NCBI GenBank assembly: GCA_018238625.1
Contig: JABCSY010000095.1
Span: 1-16,186, forward strand
DNA from: Promethearchaeota archaeon
Lineage (GTDB): Archaea; Asgardarchaeota; Lokiarchaeia; Sigyniarchaeales; SOKP01
Direction of reading: 5' to 3'
DNA length: 16,186 bases
The position numbers and the translations under genes are program-made. Positions 13,236 to 16,186 of the stretch are shown here, piece after piece (position 1 is the first letter of the stretch; each line of letters opens with the position of its first letter). The notes below the pieces were generated by a model. That model searched no databases. It was not told the DNA's origin and saw only the letters and a list, made by a program, of their open reading frames with translations.

Positions 13236-15875
13236 ATGGAAGATCAGAAGAAATTAAGCTGTTTCTCGCTATCAAAATTCACTAATTACGAAATGATTAT
13301 GGATTCTATGTTAGCTTCTTCTGGTGCTCATCAAGCTAAAGTACTTGAAAAGTCTGAGAAAAATAATAGATATATAAAAAATCAATCGATTGCGCTAAAG
13401 TTTGCTTCTGCTTTCGTTATGATGTTAATGCCATTTTTTTCAATTATTTTGTATTTTGAAATTACTGAAGGTATTTATCCTTCATACCCTATAGAAGGAC
13501 AAATCTTTCTCTATAGTTTTTTTATGTGGATATTTTTAACGATATCGATCCTATATATCTTTCTTTTTGGTTTGTTTACCACTAGTTCTTTAATGTCAGG
13601 TAACGCCTTCAAATGGTTACAAACCTTACCAATATCTCGAAACAATTTAAAAAAATTAGGATTTATGACATTATTACGAAATTTAATTGCCCCGATAATT
13701 GTAATGACTTTTGCTTTTCCAATTGTTTTACTTATAGTAACTCAGAGTTTTCTAACTTTTATTTTGAGCGTTATATCATCATTCTTCATTACAATTTTAA
13801 GTGTAAGTATTCTGATTATTGTTGCAGAGAGATTTAGCCGACTTTTTTCTGAATCAAGTCGAAATTCAAAAAAAGCAAATACTTTAAGAATTGTCTCTTT
13901 GATGGGTTTTTTTTTGGTAGCTTTTGGCTCAAGTTTTGTTTTGCAATTTGGAATGAATTCTATAGTAAATCTTATTGATGATTTTGGCACAAATCCTCCC
14001 GCAATGGATTTAAATATTTTATTGAGTTTTATTCCATTACCTTTTGCGCCAGGTTATTTAGTTGGTATAAGTTTAACGACTGGCCAAGTTCCTCTAATTT
14101 TATGGATATCAAGTTCAGTAGGAATGGCAATTCTAGCGGTAATCACTTTTCTTTTTTATAAAGTAGCTATAAATTCTTTAAATAGCGTAGCCACTATTGA
14201 AAAAGATTCTGCTAAGATAAAAAAGAAATCTAACACAATAACAAAAACTATTGAAATTGAAATAAAAACGATGTCTCCCGTCAAAGCTTATATTCGTAAG
14301 GATTTAACATCTTCAACGCGGGATTATCAATCTTTAATTTTTATTCTTATGCCTCTTCTCTATCCTATAATTATGGTTCTTTCGATGCAATCCGTAATAA
14401 CTAGAGAAGTATCATCTACCTTTAGTATTATGATATTATGGGCAATTATATTAATGGCTAGTCAATTTATACCATTTATGCTTGTTGGAGGATTATTAAA
14501 TCTGGAAGAATCAGGTTCGTCTACTCTTGCTTCATTGCCTCTTTTACCACGCGACCAAGCTAAAGGCAAATTGATATTGATGCTAACTATCCAAGGAATT
14601 TCACTAATTTTATTGGCTACAATTCTAACAATTCTAACTCAATCGATCATAGTTCTAATCCTATTTCTAAGCAATTTACCAATTATTTGGATGTTTCTAC
14701 TATTTGTATTCGAAATGAACGTTCGATTATTCGGTACAATGAAATACAAATATGTTCTTGAGGAAGTAAATAAAAAACATAAAATAGAGAAATGGCTTTT
14801 GATGATTGGTGCTGATGTAGTTATATGCATATTTATTTTAATTATCGGTTTTACGTTATTCGTTAGTGTAGGGATTACAGCTTCAATAATATCGTTGTTT
14901 ATCATAGGATTGGTTGGGTTATTAATAGTTGTTTATATTTTTTCAAAAATGTTCCCTAAGGCTAACAAATTACCATTATTTGAAACACGAGGTTTATTAA
15001 GAAATAAACCGATTCTAGGGGGGTTAGTGGTATTAATATTATTTTTCATTTTTCCAAATCTCGCAAGTTTAATTGAGATTATTTTTCTCCCGTTTTTATT
15101 AACGTTGCCATATGTGGGAATATTATTTATTGAATTTCTTCTCATAGAAGGGTTTCTATTGCTCTTATTTCTTTTAATAATTCCAAAGGGGTTGAAGTTA
15201 CCCTGTAGAGATGAAAAATTTAGCGATTATAATAAAACAATCGGTTTAACTAAGGTTAAACCTTTAGGCCGAAATCTCCTTGTTGGATTAGGCTCTTTTG
15301 CAATTTTTGGCATCGTTGTATTCGTTGGCGCTAATCTTTTAGGAACTTTTTATTGGGCACCTGGATTCTTATTTAGAGACCCTAACCCTTTAATTCCTGG
15401 AATCGTTAGTTTTGGTTGGTTTATTTGGATTTTTATGATTAGACCAGGATTATGGGAAGAGGTAGCTTTTCGAGGTGTTATTTTACCCCTCCTTTCACGA
15501 AAATATAAACAAATAATATCGATTCTAATAAGTGGCGTAATTTTTGGATTAGCACATGCATTTAATATCATAAATGTTTTATTATCAGGAGGAGATCCCT
15601 TATTCACAGTATTTCAAGTCATATACGCGACTTTACTTGGTTTTTCGATGGGATATATGTATATGAAAACTAAAAGTTTGCTTCCATCTATCATATATCA
15701 TTACTTAATTGATACAGTAGGGCTAATCTTGATGAACTCTCAAATGGAGAATATCTTTATTGTAGGAATATATTTAATCGTGTTTGTTGGCGTAATCCCA
15801 ACAATTTTAAATATTCTCTTTATAAAATTACTTTTTAGGAAAGAGAAAAAAAAAGATATACTATTTAATAAATAA
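13236..15875 (+). CDS. ABC-2-type permease (two TMD halves) fused to a C-terminal CPBP/CAAX (Rce1/Abi) intramembrane protease
   Basis: Starts 1 nt after the ATPase stop. Coupling-helix-like LQTLPIS (aa ~128) and LASLPLLP (aa ~431). CPBP motifs EEVAFR (E741/E742/R746), FGLAH (H774) and HYLID (H822/D826). Confidence 0.85.
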   Translation: MEDQKKLSCFSLSKFTNYEMIMDSMLASSGAHQAKVLEKSEKNNRYIKNQSIALKFASAFVMMLMPFFSIILYFEITEGIYPSYPIEGQIFLYSFFMWIFLTISILYIFLFGLFTTSSLMSGNAFKWLQTLPISRNNLKKLGFMTLLRNLIAPIIVMTFAFPIVLLIVTQSFLTFILSVISSFFITILSVSILIIVAERFSRLFSESSRNSKKANTLRIVSLMGFFLVAFGSSFVLQFGMNSIVNLIDDFGTNPPAMDLNILLSFIPLPFAPGYLVGISLTTGQVPLILWISSSVGMAILAVITFLFYKVAINSLNSVATIEKDSAKIKKKSNTITKTIEIEIKTMSPVKAYIRKDLTSSTRDYQSLIFILMPLLYPIIMVLSMQSVITREVSSTFSIMILWAIILMASQFIPFMLVGGLLNLEESGSSTLASLPLLPRDQAKGKLILMLTIQGISLILLATILTILTQSIIVLILFLSNLPIIWMFLLFVFEMNVRLFGTMKYKYVLEEVNKKHKIEKWLLMIGADVVICIFILIIGFTLFVSVGITASIISLFIIGLVGLLIVVYIFSKMFPKANKLPLFETRGLLRNKPILGGLVVLILFFIFPNLASLIEIIFLPFLLTLPYVGILFIEFLLIEGFLLLLFLLIIPKGLKLPCRDEKFSDYNKTIGLTKVKPLGRNLLVGLGSFAIFGIVVFVGANLLGTFYWAPGFLFRDPNPLIPGIVSFGWFIWIFMIRPGLWEEVAFRGVILPLLSRKYKQIISILISGVIFGLAHAFNIINVLLSGGDPLFTVFQVIYATLLGFSMGYMYMKTKSLLPSIIYHYLIDTVGLILMNSQMENIFIVGIYLIVFVGVIPTILNILFIKLLFRKEKKKDILFNK

Positions 15876-15911
15876 TAATAATTTTGAAAAATATTGTTAG
15901 AGTGATTAAGA

Positions 15912-16186
15912 ATGAAAGATAATGTAATGATTTCTGTTAACGAATTGAAAAAGTTTTTTGGGGATGTTAAAGCAGTAAATGGAATATCCTTTGACGTAAA
16001 AAAGGGTGAGGTTTTCGGTCTCTTAGGGCCGAACGGAGCCGGTAAAACTACTACTTTAAAAATATTATTAGGTTTATTAGAGCCCAACGAAGGAAACGTA
16101 AGTATAATGGGTTTAAATCCAGAAACAGATGAGGTTCAAATTAAGAGCCGAGTAGGCTATGTGTCAGAAGAAGCTCTTATATTCAA
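15912..16186 (+). CDS. Second ABC transporter ATP-binding protein, 3'-truncated by the window edge (absent from the ORF track)
   Basis: ATG 15912 opens MKDNVMISVNELKKFFGDVKAVNGISFDVKKGEVFGLLGPNGAGKTTT... to the window end. By hand count, 68 of 91 residues are identical to 12428..13234. Confidence 0.93.
   Translation, partial: MKDNVMISVNELKKFFGDVKAVNGISFDVKKGEVFGLLGPNGAGKTTTLKILLGLLEPNEGNVSIMGLNPETDEVQIKSRVGYVSEEALIF

Noticed and set aside
613-15607. Short ORFs nested in or antisense to the main genes (e.g. 613-906, 2354-2590, 2878-3081, 3084-3287, 4157-4339, 6201-6449, 7921-8157, 8383-8673, 10833-11177, 12886-13221, 13613-13837, 14639-14905, 15350-15607)
   Set aside because: All overlap well-supported genes, lack recognisable motifs or RBS, and are expected shadows.
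15846-15881. A9 run and AAT repeats at the end of the permease-protease gene as a phase-variation or frameshift site
   Set aside because: They lie after the last TM helix in a Lys-rich tail, so slippage would change only a few terminal residues. Such runs are common in AT-rich DNA.
15740-16087. 115-aa minus-strand ORF
   Set aside because: It is the antisense shadow of the ABC ATPase Walker A region (VVLPAPFGP). The real gene is on the plus strand from 15912.
1-16186. CRISPR arrays, tRNA/rRNA, IS elements, integrases
   Set aside because: By eye there are no regularly spaced repeats, GC-rich structured RNA segments, terminal inverted repeats or transposase/integrase motifs. All intergenic gaps are 255 nt or less and very AT-rich.

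Overview
AT-rich, gene-dense archaeal-style DNA. It has GGTGA/GGAGG ribosome-binding sites, TATA-like boxes and oligo-T tracts. The gene content (FrhB-family, UroD-family, EamA and ABC paralogue expansions) suggests Asgard archaea/Lokiarchaeia; this taxonomy is an inference. I find 15 protein genes and no RNA genes, CRISPR or mobile elements. In order: a 5'-truncated UxaA/GarD/SuyB-family dehydratase; a membrane-anchored winged-helix regulator; a minus-strand CCG-domain + LUD/Fe-S pair (LutA/LutB-like); and, divergent from that pair, a five-gene operon. The operon encodes a four-subunit 2-oxoacid:ferredoxin oxidoreductase (delta-alpha-beta-gamma) followed by a 605-aa ferredoxin-FrhB-PyrK/FNR-like fusion. 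Next come two EamA paralogues flanking an inverted UroD/MtaA-family gene, an ABC ATPase, an 879-aa double-TMD permease fused to an intact CPBP (CAAX/Rce1-family) intramembrane protease, and the start of a second ABC ATPase paralogue. The best novelty candidates are (1) the FrhB-PyrK fusion, a putative single-chain F420/NAD(P)/ferredoxin electron hub coupled to an OFOR with a non-canonical substrate pocket and to a divergently transcribed 2-hydroxyacid dehydrogenase-like pair, and (2) the exporter-protease fusion.
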